From assembly GCA_018992685.1 (NCBI GenBank), contig JACVGT010000010.1, positions 1 through 64,000 of the forward strand: a stretch of DNA of 64,000 bases. The letters are read 5' to 3'. Each line of letters opens with the position of its first letter. Within the stretch, counting starts at the first letter, position 1. The position numbers were made by a program, and so were the translations under genes. The notes beneath the pieces are model-generated. The model made no database searches. It was not told the DNA's origin and saw nothing but the letters and a program-made list of their open reading frames with translations. The DNA comes from Theionarchaea archaeon (GTDB lineage: Archaea; Methanobacteriota_B; Thermococci; Methanofastidiosales; SZ-28-30). Positions 1-10,019 of this stretch are shown piece by piece.

Positions 1-72
1 TGCTTCTGTCACTGTGAGGTGTTCTTCCTCTGGCAGTTGGAGTAATTTCCATCGTTCTGTTACCACGTCCAA
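1..72 (-). CDS. Transposase N-terminal fragment (IS481-like HTH start), truncated by the window edge
   Basis: TTG start at 72 gives MDVVTERWKLLQLPEEEHLTVTEA..., resembling the 'ER..F...EG..S(V/M)TE.C' start of IS481 transposases. Confidence 0.55.
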   Translation of the reverse strand, partial: MDVVTERWKLLQLPEEEHLTVTEA

Positions 73-144
73 TGGGATCACCTTCTGCCAAAGTGTTACC
101 CATGTCTCTACTTACTTTTGTTACCCATGTCCCTACTTATTACA
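1..144 (-). mobile_element. Left end of a probable IS481-family insertion sequence, extending beyond the window start
   Basis: The minus strand begins TGT at 144. Two subterminal 21-bp repeats, tgttacccatgtc(t/c)ctactta, lie at 94-114 and 119-139. They are followed by an SD (AAGGTGAT) and an ORF with a transposase-like N-terminus. Confidence 0.65.
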
Positions 145-156
145 TCAAACTCAAAA

Positions 157-172
157 CCGAAACCTTTATAAA
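157..172 (+). promoter_or_regulatory. Archaeal BRE/TATA promoter of ileS
   Basis: ccgaaacc-TTTATAAA about 110 bp upstream of the ileS start. Confidence 0.55.
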
Positions 173-283
173 CAGTTTTCTTGAATTTAATTCATGACCC
201 CAAGGGGGAATTTATTTATCGGCTAGCAAGGAAAGCGAGTTCTCAGGTAGCGTGAGCTTTGCTCATTTTTTTGAGGTGGTGAC

Positions 284-3200
284 ATGAAAGAAGTCGGTGA
301 GTATTCTCCAAATCAACTGGAAGAGAGAACACTAGAGTACTGGAAGAAAAATGACACATTCCTGGAAAGTCTGAGACGAAGAGAAGATGCTCCACCTTTC
401 ATATTCGTGGAAGGACCCCCCACAGCCAACGGATTGCCTGGTGTTCACCATATTCTAGCACGTGCAATGAAAGACGCCTTCTGCAGGTACAAACACATGT
501 CAGGATACCTGGTGAAACGGAAAGGAGGATGGGATACCCATGGATTGCCGGTGGAACTTGAAGTGGAAAAAGAGCTTAACATAAACAGCAAGAGAGAGAT
601 AGAGGAATACGGAATCGAGAAATTCAACCAGAAGTGCAAGGAGAGCGTGTTCCGTTATGAAAAAGAATGGCGTGCCATGACAGAGAGGATGGCCTTCTGG
701 ATTGACATGGACAATCCATATATCACCTTGAAGAACGAGTACATGGAATCTGTATGGTGGTCTCTCAAAGAGATATGGAAGAAAGGCCTCCTGTATAAAG
801 GGCACAAGATTATCCCATACTGCCCCCGATGCGGGACTGCTCTTTCCACCCACGAAATGGCCCAGGGATACAGGACAGTAACAGAACCTTCAGTGTACGT
901 CAAATTCATGACTGAGGATAAGTCTGCCTACTTCTTGGCGTGGACTACTACACCCTGGACCCTCCTTGCCAATCTTGCTCTGACGGTGCACCCTGATTAC
1001 ACGTATGTCAAAGTAAATAACGAGGGGAATATCCTTATTCTGGTCAAGGATCGCCTGGACATACTGGAAGGTGACTTCACCATTCTGGAGGAATTCCCAG
1101 GTAGAGATCTGGAGGGAATGAGATACCATCCTCTTTTTGAATACTGCAATCCGGAAGGAAAGAGGCACGTCGTCATTCTGGGAGATTTTGTCACCACTGA
1201 CGAAGGTACAGGCATCGTGCATACTGCCCCTGCTTTTGGAGAAGAGGACTATGTCATCTGCAGGGAGAATAACGTTGCCTTCTGCCAGCCTGTAGAGGAA
1301 GATGGACGTTTCTCAAAGGATGTCGTCCCCCTTGCGGGTGTATTTGTTAAAGATGCGGATGAGCAGATTCTTGAGATGCTCGATGACAAGCGGCTGCTCT
1401 ACAAGATAGAACCGTACACCCACGAATACCCTTTCTGCTGGCGATGTGATACAGCCCTCCTGTACTATGCCAGGGAGAGCTGGTTCATCAAAATGACTGA
1501 GGTCCGGGACAAGCTCGTCCAAGATAATGACAAGGTGAACTGGACTCCCTCCCACATAAAACACGGAAGATTTGGGAATTTCCTGGAAAATGTCAGAGAC
1601 TGGTCGCTGTCCAGAGAGCGCTACTGGGGAACTCCTCTACCCATATGGGTATGTGAGTGTGGCCTGCAGGAATGCATAGGAAGTGTCCAGGAATTGCGGG
1701 AGAAAGGGGGCCACCTGCCTGAGGATTTTGACTTGCACAGACCCTATGTGGATGAAATCCTCCTGAAATGTCCAGAGTGCGGTGGAACCATGAAAAGGGT
1801 TCCTGACGTCATCGACTGCTGGTACGATTCAGGAAGCGCTCCCTTTGCTCAGTGGCACTACCCCTTTGAGAATCAGGATGTCTTCTCCTACAGCTTTCCT
1901 GCCGATTTCATCTCTGAAGCCCTGGACCAAACCCGTGGGTGGTTTTACTCACTACACGCACTGGGTACCTTGCTGTTTGAAACTGAAACCTTCAGAAACT
2001 GTGTGTGTGATGGACTGGTCTTGGGCAGAGATGGGTCCCGGATGAGCAAGAGCAGGGGAACTGCTGTGGACCCCTGGGCTGTCTTCCAGAGCTATGGGGC
2101 TGATGCCATCCGCTGGTATCTGTACAGTGTGGTATCCCCTGGGGAAAACATACGCTTCTCTGAGGAAGCTGTAGAAGATGTGTACAAAGGATTTCTTAAT
2201 ACACTGTGGAACGTATACTCGTTCTATGTGACCTACGCATTGATCGATGAGTATCATCCTGACGAGGAGAGATTGCCAGTGGAGGAACGACCTGTTCTGG
2301 ATAGATGGATGGAAAGTAGACTGCATTCTCTGGTTCAGCAGGTTGTCTCTCACCTGGATTCTTATGAGGTGCATCTGGCCACCCGGGCCATTGAGGACTT
2401 TGTCACCAATGAGGTGTCCAACTGGTATGTGAGAAGGTCCAGGAGACGATTCTGGAAGCTTGAAAAAGACAGAGACAAGAAGGCAGCGTACGATACCCTG
2501 ACTGAGGTCATGGATATGATCTCCAGGCTGATAGCACCATTCATGCCATACATCAGCGAAGAAATCTACCGGAATGTCCTGGGAAAGGAAAGTGTCCACT
2601 TCAGTGATTATCCAGTGGCAGATGTCACGAAGATTGACACAGCACTGGAGTCACAGATGGAGAAAGCAGTGGCTGCATCAGAAGCAGGGAGGGCTGCCCG
2701 CGCAGAAGCAGGCATCAAGCTGAGACAGCCAATTGCAAAGGCAGTGGTCATAACAGGTGAACCCCTGGGAGTGGTAGCATCTCTCATCAAAGAAGAGCTC
2801 AACGTAAAGGCTCTGGAGGTGAAACCCTCGTCCAGTGAGCTCATGGAGTTCTCAGTGAAATTGAACTACAAGAATGCAGGCCCGAAGTATAAGCAAAAGG
2901 TTGGAGCGGTGGAAAAGGCTCTGGCAGAATTAGATCCCCGAAAAGTGAAGGATGACCTTACAAGAGAGGGAGTTATCTCTGTGACAGTGGAATCGGAACC
3001 AGTCGAGCTCACAGAGGAGGACGTGGTGGTCAAGAGCGCAGTCACGGAAGGATATACTGGAGGGGAGTCACAGGGTGTGACCGTGTTTGTGGAAACAGGG
3101 CTGACAGAGGAACTGAAGAAGGAAGGCCTTGCCAGAGACATTGTCCGAAGAATCCAGGAAATGCGAAAGGAAATGAAGCTGGACTATAAGGACAGTATCC

Positions 3201-3370
3201 AGGTGTATTACACTGGTACTGAGACAGCAGCACAGGCAGTCCGGGAGTTCAAAGACTATATCAAACAGGAAACCCTGGCTACTATACTGGAACAGGGACA
3301 GAACCAGGGATACACAAAATCATGGACAATTGAAGGAGAAACAATAGAACTGTCACTTGCAGTACAGTAA
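284..3370 (+). CDS. ileS: Isoleucyl-tRNA synthetase
   Basis: EGPPTANGLPGVHH (HIGH-like), GWDTHGLPVE, WTTTPWT, RMSKS (KMSKS-like), SNWYVRRSRRRFW; SD GAGGTGG. Confidence 0.97.
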   Translation: MKEVGEYSPNQLEERTLEYWKKNDTFLESLRRREDAPPFIFVEGPPTANGLPGVHHILARAMKDAFCRYKHMSGYLVKRKGGWDTHGLPVELEVEKELNINSKREIEEYGIEKFNQKCKESVFRYEKEWRAMTERMAFWIDMDNPYITLKNEYMESVWWSLKEIWKKGLLYKGHKIIPYCPRCGTALSTHEMAQGYRTVTEPSVYVKFMTEDKSAYFLAWTTTPWTLLANLALTVHPDYTYVKVNNEGNILILVKDRLDILEGDFTILEEFPGRDLEGMRYHPLFEYCNPEGKRHVVILGDFVTTDEGTGIVHTAPAFGEEDYVICRENNVAFCQPVEEDGRFSKDVVPLAGVFVKDADEQILEMLDDKRLLYKIEPYTHEYPFCWRCDTALLYYARESWFIKMTEVRDKLVQDNDKVNWTPSHIKHGRFGNFLENVRDWSLSRERYWGTPLPIWVCECGLQECIGSVQELREKGGHLPEDFDLHRPYVDEILLKCPECGGTMKRVPDVIDCWYDSGSAPFAQWHYPFENQDVFSYSFPADFISEALDQTRGWFYSLHALGTLLFETETFRNCVCDGLVLGRDGSRMSKSRGTAVDPWAVFQSYGADAIRWYLYSVVSPGENIRFSEEAVEDVYKGFLNTLWNVYSFYVTYALIDEYHPDEERLPVEERPVLDRWMESRLHSLVQQVVSHLDSYEVHLATRAIEDFVTNEVSNWYVRRSRRRFWKLEKDRDKKAAYDTLTEVMDMISRLIAPFMPYISEEIYRNVLGKESVHFSDYPVADVTKIDTALESQMEKAVAASEAGRAARAEAGIKLRQPIAKAVVITGEPLGVVASLIKEELNVKALEVKPSSSELMEFSVKLNYKNAGPKYKQKVGAVEKALAELDPRKVKDDLTREGVISVTVESEPVELTEEDVVVKSAVTEGYTGGESQGVTVFVETGLTEELKKEGLARDIVRRIQEMRKEMKLDYKDSIQVYYTGTETAAQAVREFKDYIKQETLATILEQGQNQGYTKSWTIEGETIELSLAVQ

Positions 3371-3419
3371 TTTCACTTTTTTTCCATACTTTTTTATAGG
3401 CTTGCTGGAAAAAGAGGTC

Positions 3420-4439
3420 ATGGAGTATGAATCATTTACCAGACAGGCAACTCTTGTCACTGCTCAAGGAAAAGTCTCTCACACGGTGGAACACAGGAAA
3501 GATCCCCTGACGGGAAGGATATCCACCATCTGTCCTGACCTGAAGGATAAGTGGTCCAGTTTTGTGGGAGAGACTGACATGGAGCTGATTAGGGAACTGG
3601 CTGAGAATTCTGCATCCTGGTGTCCTTTCTGCAAATCTATTGAGGAAATAACGCCTGAAGCTGAATACGTCCAAGAAGGAAGATGGTATCTCAATGGTGT
3701 GTGGGTATTCCCCAACCTGTTCCCCAGGACTGCATTTGAAGCTGTTGTAACCTCATCTGAAAATCACTTTCTGTGGCTGGACCAGTTCAGTGAGGAATTT
3801 GTGTTCAACCACGTGAAAGCAGGGATTACCTGTATCATGGATGTACATGCAGCCGATCCCGCGTTAACCCATGCTGTCATTGGCTGGAATTACCTCCCCC
3901 CTGCAGGAGCCTCCCTGACCCATCCGCATATGCAGGTTTCTATGAGAGATATAGCTTTCAACAATCCTGCCTTCTTACAGGAGAAGAGCAGGGAATACTA
4001 CGAAAAAACTGGGTCCAACTACTGGAACGACTGCATGAGGGAAGAGAGGCACATCGCAACTCGAGGACGAACAGTGTGGATGACACCCTATGCACCCACA
4101 GGGTTCAATGAGATTCGGGCAGTGGTGAAAGATGTATCGAACTTCACAGAGCTGGAAGATACTGATATTAGAGATCTTGCAGCAGGCATCAGTAATTCCT
4201 TACGGTTCTATGCAGATCGGGGTTGTTCTGCTTTCAACATGCTTATCTACTCAGGAGATCTTTCACAGCACTCAGATTGGTTCTGGCTTGGTGTAACTTT
4301 AATCACCCGTTCTAATATGAGATCCCTGTACCTCAATATTGATTCCTGGTATATGCCCAAATTGCTGGGAGAGGAGATCGTGGCAGAATCCCCGGAGGAA
4401 CTGGCGCAGGCTGTCAAAGAGTATTTTGGTGGATGCTAA
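3420..4439 (+). CDS. Galactose-1-phosphate uridylyltransferase (GalT/HIT)-like protein
   Basis: RKDPLTG, CPFC, PNLFP and GASLTHPHMQ (HxHxQ) motifs; start refined to ATG 3420 after GAGGT. Confidence 0.8.
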   Translation: MEYESFTRQATLVTAQGKVSHTVEHRKDPLTGRISTICPDLKDKWSSFVGETDMELIRELAENSASWCPFCKSIEEITPEAEYVQEGRWYLNGVWVFPNLFPRTAFEAVVTSSENHFLWLDQFSEEFVFNHVKAGITCIMDVHAADPALTHAVIGWNYLPPAGASLTHPHMQVSMRDIAFNNPAFLQEKSREYYEKTGSNYWNDCMREERHIATRGRTVWMTPYAPTGFNEIRAVVKDVSNFTELEDTDIRDLAAGISNSLRFYADRGCSAFNMLIYSGDLSQHSDWFWLGVTLITRSNMRSLYLNIDSWYMPKLLGEEIVAESPEELAQAVKEYFGGC

Positions 4440-4498
4440 TACTTTTCTGACGTGGAAAAGATGCCAGTTGCGGTACCATCTGGGGATCGGTGGGAAAA

Positions 4499-5764
4499 AT
4501 GGAAAAGAAGTATGACATGGTGGTTGTTGGCTGTGGCATAGCAGGTGCAGTAGCCGGGCTGACTGCCCTAAGAGACGGACTGAAGGTCTGTATCATAGAA
4601 AAAAAAGGAGTATCTCAAATTGGAACCAAACCATGTGGAGAACTGACCACACAGGAAGCACTTGACTTTCTGAAGAACATGTTCGGTCTTTCCATGAGAC
4701 ACTATCCCTTGAAAGGACTCAAGATCTGTACACCATCTGGAAGTACATCCTATGCCAGGGAGCCTTTGTGCACTATTGATCGTTCGGAAATGGGGCAAGT
4801 CCTGGTACGAGCATTGCTGGATCAGGGGGCGGATATATATCACGAATCAGCAAAAAGCCCGATGGGCACGTCATGCGTTAAGGGTGTCCAGACGTCTGCC
4901 CATACTTTTTATGGAACCGTGACACTTGATTGTAGCGGCGTGGCAGCCGCAGTCAGGAGACATCTCCCCATGATGACCCCACAGTTTGGAGCAGCCTACA
5001 AAGAACGAGTAGTGCCAGACAACCCAGTAGAGCTTGAATATGCTACCCTGGTGATTGACAAAACCATAATTCGTTCAGGTTACATGTGGTGTTTTCCCAA
5101 GAGCGAATCTGAGCTGAACGTAGGTGCTGGCGGCATACACTATAAGAAAGCCGCACTGCAGGAGGGCGCACAATTCGTGCTTGATATGCTAGACATATCA
5201 GGAAAGCGCGACCTCCCCGGCATGAGTGCAGTTCCCATCAGCGGACCACTCCCTTCTCTGGTTCACCCGGGAGTTCTAGTGTGTGGTGATGCAGCGGGCC
5301 AGGTAAATCCCCTGACAGGAGAAGGGATAGCTCCCGCAATCACAGCAGGATACTCTGCTGCCAAGACTGTTGCAATAGCTGTTGAGACTGATGACAGCTC
5401 CATCGAAACACTGTGGAGGTACAATTGTGAAGCTGCAGCCTCCTATGGGGTCGTCCATGCTTCTCTGGTACCAGCACGGGATTTCCTGCTATCCCTGGGT
5501 GACAGAGACGTCAATAGGTTCTTGCGTGATGCGGTCTCTGATGAAGACATGGCTAACCTCATCAAGGGAATCATCAACATGGATGCAGGAAAAGTGGCTC
5601 AAATCATCTATAGATGTTGGAAGGCACCACAATTTCTGCATAGACTGTACCAAGCTGCTCAACACATGAATGAAATCAGGAGCTTGTATCTTGATTATCC
5701 TCAGACTCCTGAGGAATTCCCTCTTTGGGCAGAAAAAATGGCCTCGTTGCGCCACTTTGGCTAG
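4499..5764 (+). CDS. Geranylgeranyl reductase-family FAD oxidoreductase
   Basis: VVVGCGIAG, KPCG, GYMWCFPK and GDAAGQVNPLTGEGI motifs. Confidence 0.85.
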   Translation: MEKKYDMVVVGCGIAGAVAGLTALRDGLKVCIIEKKGVSQIGTKPCGELTTQEALDFLKNMFGLSMRHYPLKGLKICTPSGSTSYAREPLCTIDRSEMGQVLVRALLDQGADIYHESAKSPMGTSCVKGVQTSAHTFYGTVTLDCSGVAAAVRRHLPMMTPQFGAAYKERVVPDNPVELEYATLVIDKTIIRSGYMWCFPKSESELNVGAGGIHYKKAALQEGAQFVLDMLDISGKRDLPGMSAVPISGPLPSLVHPGVLVCGDAAGQVNPLTGEGIAPAITAGYSAAKTVAIAVETDDSSIETLWRYNCEAAASYGVVHASLVPARDFLLSLGDRDVNRFLRDAVSDEDMANLIKGIINMDAGKVAQIIYRCWKAPQFLHRLYQAAQHMNEIRSLYLDYPQTPEEFPLWAEKMASLRHFG

Positions 5765-5968
5765 CCGGCAGATATTTCCTGTTGGTTCCAGAAGGGCAAT
5801 TTTGGTTTTTGAGAAGAAAACGTATCCTTTTCTGGATCAGTGATTTCCTCTTTTTCCTGTGAATATCCATGAAAGGCAGAAAGAGACCTTCCCACAGATA
5901 ACTATTTAAAAGAGCACAATATAGGAAAAGGAATCATCTTCTGCACACATGCAGCCGAGGAGAATCAA

Positions 5969-6967
5969 ATGATTCAAGATGCCAAGAAGTCAGGTCGCAC
6001 ATGGCGAGATGTCGCCAAGGGAATGTTTATGGAAATACGGATTATTCCTGTGCTGGTATGGGCCTTCACTGCCGTGCTCATTGGAACTGCCGTGGCATAC
6101 GTGGAAACCGGTACATTCATTCTGAAGCATTTTGTGCTGGCTATGGTCGTTGCCTGCTTGGTCCAGGCATATCCCACCCACGCAGCGAATGAAATCGTGG
6201 ATTGGCTGAGTGGAACAGATGCAAAGGGGCACGGGGGTTCAAAAGTCATTCGTGAAGGACTACTGACTGTTGGTGAGCTGAGACTGATCTTTCTTGGTTC
6301 CATGATTGTGGTGGGAGCTCTGGCAGCATTTGTTGTCATAACAATAGATGTGAGAATGGTCTGGTTTGGGATTGTGGGAATAGCTGCTTCAGTTTTTTAC
6401 TCTGTGCCTCCATTCAAATTGGGATACCATCCTTTTGTGGGAGAATGGGTGGGAGGATTCGTAGGTATTTTTGTGGCTGTAACAGGAAGTTATTTCATCC
6501 AGAGTTTTACCCTCTCATCCGTGGTCATCGTAACAGGTATTGCCGTTGGCATGGCAGACGTTGCAATCATGGAGATGTTTCACACGATTGATTACGAGGC
6601 TGATAGATCAGCAGATCCCCAAAAGAGGACTACAATTGTCTTTTTGGGACCGAGACGGGGACAATTCTATGTCCTGGCTCAGATCGTGGGGAGTTCCATT
6701 TTGTTCTGGGTCCTTGTAATGTATTCGTGGGAATTTGTAGTCCTGGCAGTTGCTTCTACTGCGTGCATCTATTTCTATCACAGATATAACCCTTTGAATG
6801 CATGGGACATCATCAAGAACACAAAACGAGTTACGTGGGCTACCATCAGTTCAGGAGTGGTATTTGCCAGTCTGTCATGGGTATGGTTTATTCTGCTGGC
6901 CCTTCCGGTAGTTATAGGATACTCCTCTCACAAGAAATGGGGAAAGCTGCCCAAGAGAACTGAGTAA
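5969..6967 (+). CDS. UbiA-superfamily prenyltransferase, MenA-like
   Basis: Multiple TM helices; NEIVDWLSGTD, YSVPPFKL and DYEADRSADPQKRT motifs. Confidence 0.8.
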   Translation: MIQDAKKSGRTWRDVAKGMFMEIRIIPVLVWAFTAVLIGTAVAYVETGTFILKHFVLAMVVACLVQAYPTHAANEIVDWLSGTDAKGHGGSKVIREGLLTVGELRLIFLGSMIVVGALAAFVVITIDVRMVWFGIVGIAASVFYSVPPFKLGYHPFVGEWVGGFVGIFVAVTGSYFIQSFTLSSVVIVTGIAVGMADVAIMEMFHTIDYEADRSADPQKRTTIVFLGPRRGQFYVLAQIVGSSILFWVLVMYSWEFVVLAVASTACIYFYHRYNPLNAWDIIKNTKRVTWATISSGVVFASLSWVWFILLALPVVIGYSSHKKWGKLPKRTE

Positions 6968-7050
6968 GAACATGTCTTTCTTCACATGAGGTTGGGATTC
7001 CAGCACTCAGCACTGCAAATGGTTTTATAGGTTAAGAGTGAGGGCTCTTT

Positions 7051-7665
7051 GTGAAAGAACAGAGGACTTTTGGAGAGAAAGGGTTCCTGCAGGAAATGAA
7101 GATCTACCTCATAACTATCATAGTATTCGTCAGTTTTGGATGGTTCTATCTTGAAGAACTTGGGGGACATCGACTTTTTCTTTATCAGATAGATACTGTC
7201 TGCATTTTAATATATTTAGCAGTGGCAACGTACAGCTTTGTGAGAAGACCCTCAGAAGAGAGTACACAACCGTTTGTAGGTTCCTCCTTGGAGACCAAGT
7301 GGACGAATGAATTGGGGAATAAGATCAAGAAATTCGGAGGTATTGGGACGGCAACGTGCTTTCTCGTTGCTGTCGTATACATGGGGGAGAAAGCATTGTA
7401 TGTTGCAGGGGGCGTCTGTGCTGTATTGGCATTGGCCGAGTACCTGCTTCTGGCACCAGTGGCAGGAATCATGCGAAACGTATTGGCCCTTCTCATGATT
7501 GTGGGGTTTATGGGCGGGCTGTTCTTATCGTTCGCTCTTGGTTATTTCAACGCATCACTGGATGCTCTGGCATTAGTCCTGTTTCTCATTTCCTTTGTCA
7601 TACTAGTCTGGGGCGGAGGGATGGACTATCTCTGGAAAAAAATCAAGAAAAGGTACAGGGAGTGA
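7051..7665 (+). CDS. Hypothetical membrane protein
   Basis: About six hydrophobic segments; no recognised motif; start uncertain. Confidence 0.6.
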   Translation: MKEQRTFGEKGFLQEMKIYLITIIVFVSFGWFYLEELGGHRLFLYQIDTVCILIYLAVATYSFVRRPSEESTQPFVGSSLETKWTNELGNKIKKFGGIGTATCFLVAVVYMGEKALYVAGGVCAVLALAEYLLLAPVAGIMRNVLALLMIVGFMGGLFLSFALGYFNASLDALALVLFLISFVILVWGGGMDYLWKKIKKRYRE

Positions 7666-7780
7666 TCTGACTGACCTCTATTGAGGGGGCCATTCTACAA
7701 CTAGAGAGACTATACATAAGTGGCTACTGCGACATAGAGGATGTCGTATGGCTGGAAATCATATATAGAGGAGGATTTAC

Positions 7781-8521
7781 ATGAATGTGAAACGGATTGG
7801 AACCAGGGGAATCGTCTTCACGTTCTTCGAGCTGGACCAGTATCCCACCAATGTCTTTGTGATAGATGGGCCGTCTCACTTTTTTGTCTGCGACACGTTT
7901 TTGGGACCTGAACCCATGACAGAAATGAAGACCTATCTGACATACCACTTCCATGAGAAACCTTTTCTCATATTCAACTCCCATTATCACTGGGACCACG
8001 TCTGGGGAAATTGTGCCTTTCCTGATTCAGTGGTTCTTTCTCATGATAGCTGCAGAGAAGCTCTGATAGAAAAGGGAGAATCTGAATTGGAACAATATGA
8101 GGAGTATGCCCAAGGTGAAGTAGAAATTCGCTTGCCAACTATCACGTTCAGTGAGCGGATCGTCTTCCCCCAGGAGAGTGTAGAGTTCTTCTATAGCCCC
8201 GGTCACACGAGAGACTCCGCTTCCTGCCGCGATCACATAGACAATACCGTGTTTGTTGGGGACAACGTTGAAGCACCCATCCCGTACCTGTTTTACTCTG
8301 GGTTGAAGGAATACCTCGACACACTGGAAGTGTATTCACGATTTCAAGCGTTCACACTCGTGCCAGGACACGGAGAACTGTGTGGGTACTCTTTGCTACA
8401 TGAAAATCAAGAATATGTCAAAGCTTTCATGGAGAACGATACAGGGAAATTTCAAGAAGGAATATATGCACACATCCACAACGTAAATGTGAAGGTGCAG
8501 GAAGACCTGATGAAAGAGTAG
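7781..8521 (+). CDS. MBL-fold metallo-hydrolase
   Basis: NSHYHWDHVWGN, PGHT, GDN and PGHG motifs. Confidence 0.88.
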   Translation: MNVKRIGTRGIVFTFFELDQYPTNVFVIDGPSHFFVCDTFLGPEPMTEMKTYLTYHFHEKPFLIFNSHYHWDHVWGNCAFPDSVVLSHDSCREALIEKGESELEQYEEYAQGEVEIRLPTITFSERIVFPQESVEFFYSPGHTRDSASCRDHIDNTVFVGDNVEAPIPYLFYSGLKEYLDTLEVYSRFQAFTLVPGHGELCGYSLLHENQEYVKAFMENDTGKFQEGIYAHIHNVNVKVQEDLMKE

Positions 8522-8806
8522 ATGGTGCCACCACAATTTGCTGACTTTCTGGGAGGGTCAACGGGTCGCCTTCTGTCTTCCGGGAGTTGGTTCACTCGAT
8601 CTCGACTTTAGAATCACCTCTTTAGGATATTTTCTTTCAGAAGACCGTCATTGAAGGCTCAATTCTTTGTGTAACCTTTGGACATAGTTTCTTTTCTCCA
8701 GATTTTGCGATATGAATGACACACCTGAATATTTCGGGAAAATGAATAAACGTTCTCACCTCAAAGGCAATACTAGAATAGAACCCCTACACATGGAGGA
8801 ACGACC

Positions 8807-9793
8807 ATGAGTATTGTAATGAGTGATATTACTCCTCTTTTGAAAGGAGCACGGAAAATTGTGATAGAATGTGCACGAGTGACTCCTGGGGAAAAAGTCC
8901 TGGTGGTCACTGATTCAGGAAGAGATCTGGCAGTAGCATATGCGCTCATGGAGGCTGCCATGGAGGTGGGAAGCGAGGTTGCTGCAATCACTATGAGGGA
9001 GCGAACAGCTCCTGGTGAAGAACCTCCCCCTCACGTGAGCAGAGCCATGTTGGAATCAGATGTTATCCTTCAGGCGACATCCACGGTAATGGCATTCACG
9101 CAGGCAAAAAAAGATGCCTGCAAGAAGGGAGCGCGGTTTGCTGCAATGACTGGTATGATTCCAGAGATTCTGACATCACCCGCTCTGACCGATACGGATT
9201 TTGGAAAAGAACAGGAAACCATCAAGAAAATGAGTGGATTAGTCAATGCTGCGAAAAAGGCAAAAGTAACGACTCCTGGAGGCACAGATCTTGTAATGAG
9301 TCTGGAGGGGAGAACTTCAGATGCCTGCACTTCCATACTGGACGCTCCTGGCTGTGCATCAGGATTGCCTGATCTCGAGGTGTACATTGCACCTGTTGAG
9401 AATTCTGTCAACGGTACAGCCGTCATTGATGCAACCATCTCTTCTTCAGGACTCGTCACCTCTCCTGTGACCTTAACCATCAAAGATGGCATCGTACAGA
9501 AGATTGAAGGCGGAAAAGATGCAGAAGTCCTGCGCACTCTGCTGGAGAACCAGAGGAACCCACACGTCTATCAGGTAGCTGAGCTGGGAATTGGATTGAA
9601 CCCCAATGCATGCCTGCGGGGTGCCATCATTGAAGACGAAGGAGTCTTAGGAACAGCTCATGTTGCTGTAGGAGATAACACAGTATTTGGAGGAACAAAC
9701 AGAGCACCCATCCATATTGATATGGTCATGAAAGACCCCACACTAGAATTGGACGGCACAGTCGTACTCAAGGGCAGGAAACTCTTCTTCTGA
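8807..9793 (+). CDS. Thermophilic metalloprotease (M29)/leucyl aminopeptidase-like protein, copy 1
   Basis: GEKVLVVTD, EPP, P.LEVYIAP, AELGIGLNP, IEDEG..GTAHVAVGDN and HID motifs. Confidence 0.85.
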   Translation: MSIVMSDITPLLKGARKIVIECARVTPGEKVLVVTDSGRDLAVAYALMEAAMEVGSEVAAITMRERTAPGEEPPPHVSRAMLESDVILQATSTVMAFTQAKKDACKKGARFAAMTGMIPEILTSPALTDTDFGKEQETIKKMSGLVNAAKKAKVTTPGGTDLVMSLEGRTSDACTSILDAPGCASGLPDLEVYIAPVENSVNGTAVIDATISSSGLVTSPVTLTIKDGIVQKIEGGKDAEVLRTLLENQRNPHVYQVAELGIGLNPNACLRGAIIEDEGVLGTAHVAVGDNTVFGGTNRAPIHIDMVMKDPTLELDGTVVLKGRKLFF

Positions 9794-10019
9794 AACCGGG
9801 AGAGAGTACACCATACAAAGACTGTCTTATCCTGTTCATGCTGGGGAAATCTCACAGGAGTACTCATACGTTCGTGGATCCATGAGTACTTTTATGAGGA
9901 AAGGTGTGTGGACCTTCTGGTTCGAGGGACGATGCCGCATTGCCTGCAGCACTTTGCACGCAGGACTTTCCTCTGCAATCAATCCTAAGTGGTCCCTGTG
10001 CTGACGATGATTGATAGAC

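Noticed and set aside
194-283. T-box riboswitch upstream of ileS
   Set aside because: No recognisable stem I or GGTGGTACC antiterminator; the GGTGGT present is the SD.
9858-9891. Inverted repeat agtactcat...atgagtact between convergent genes
   Set aside because: A single short hairpin; not enough to call an ncRNA or a terminator.
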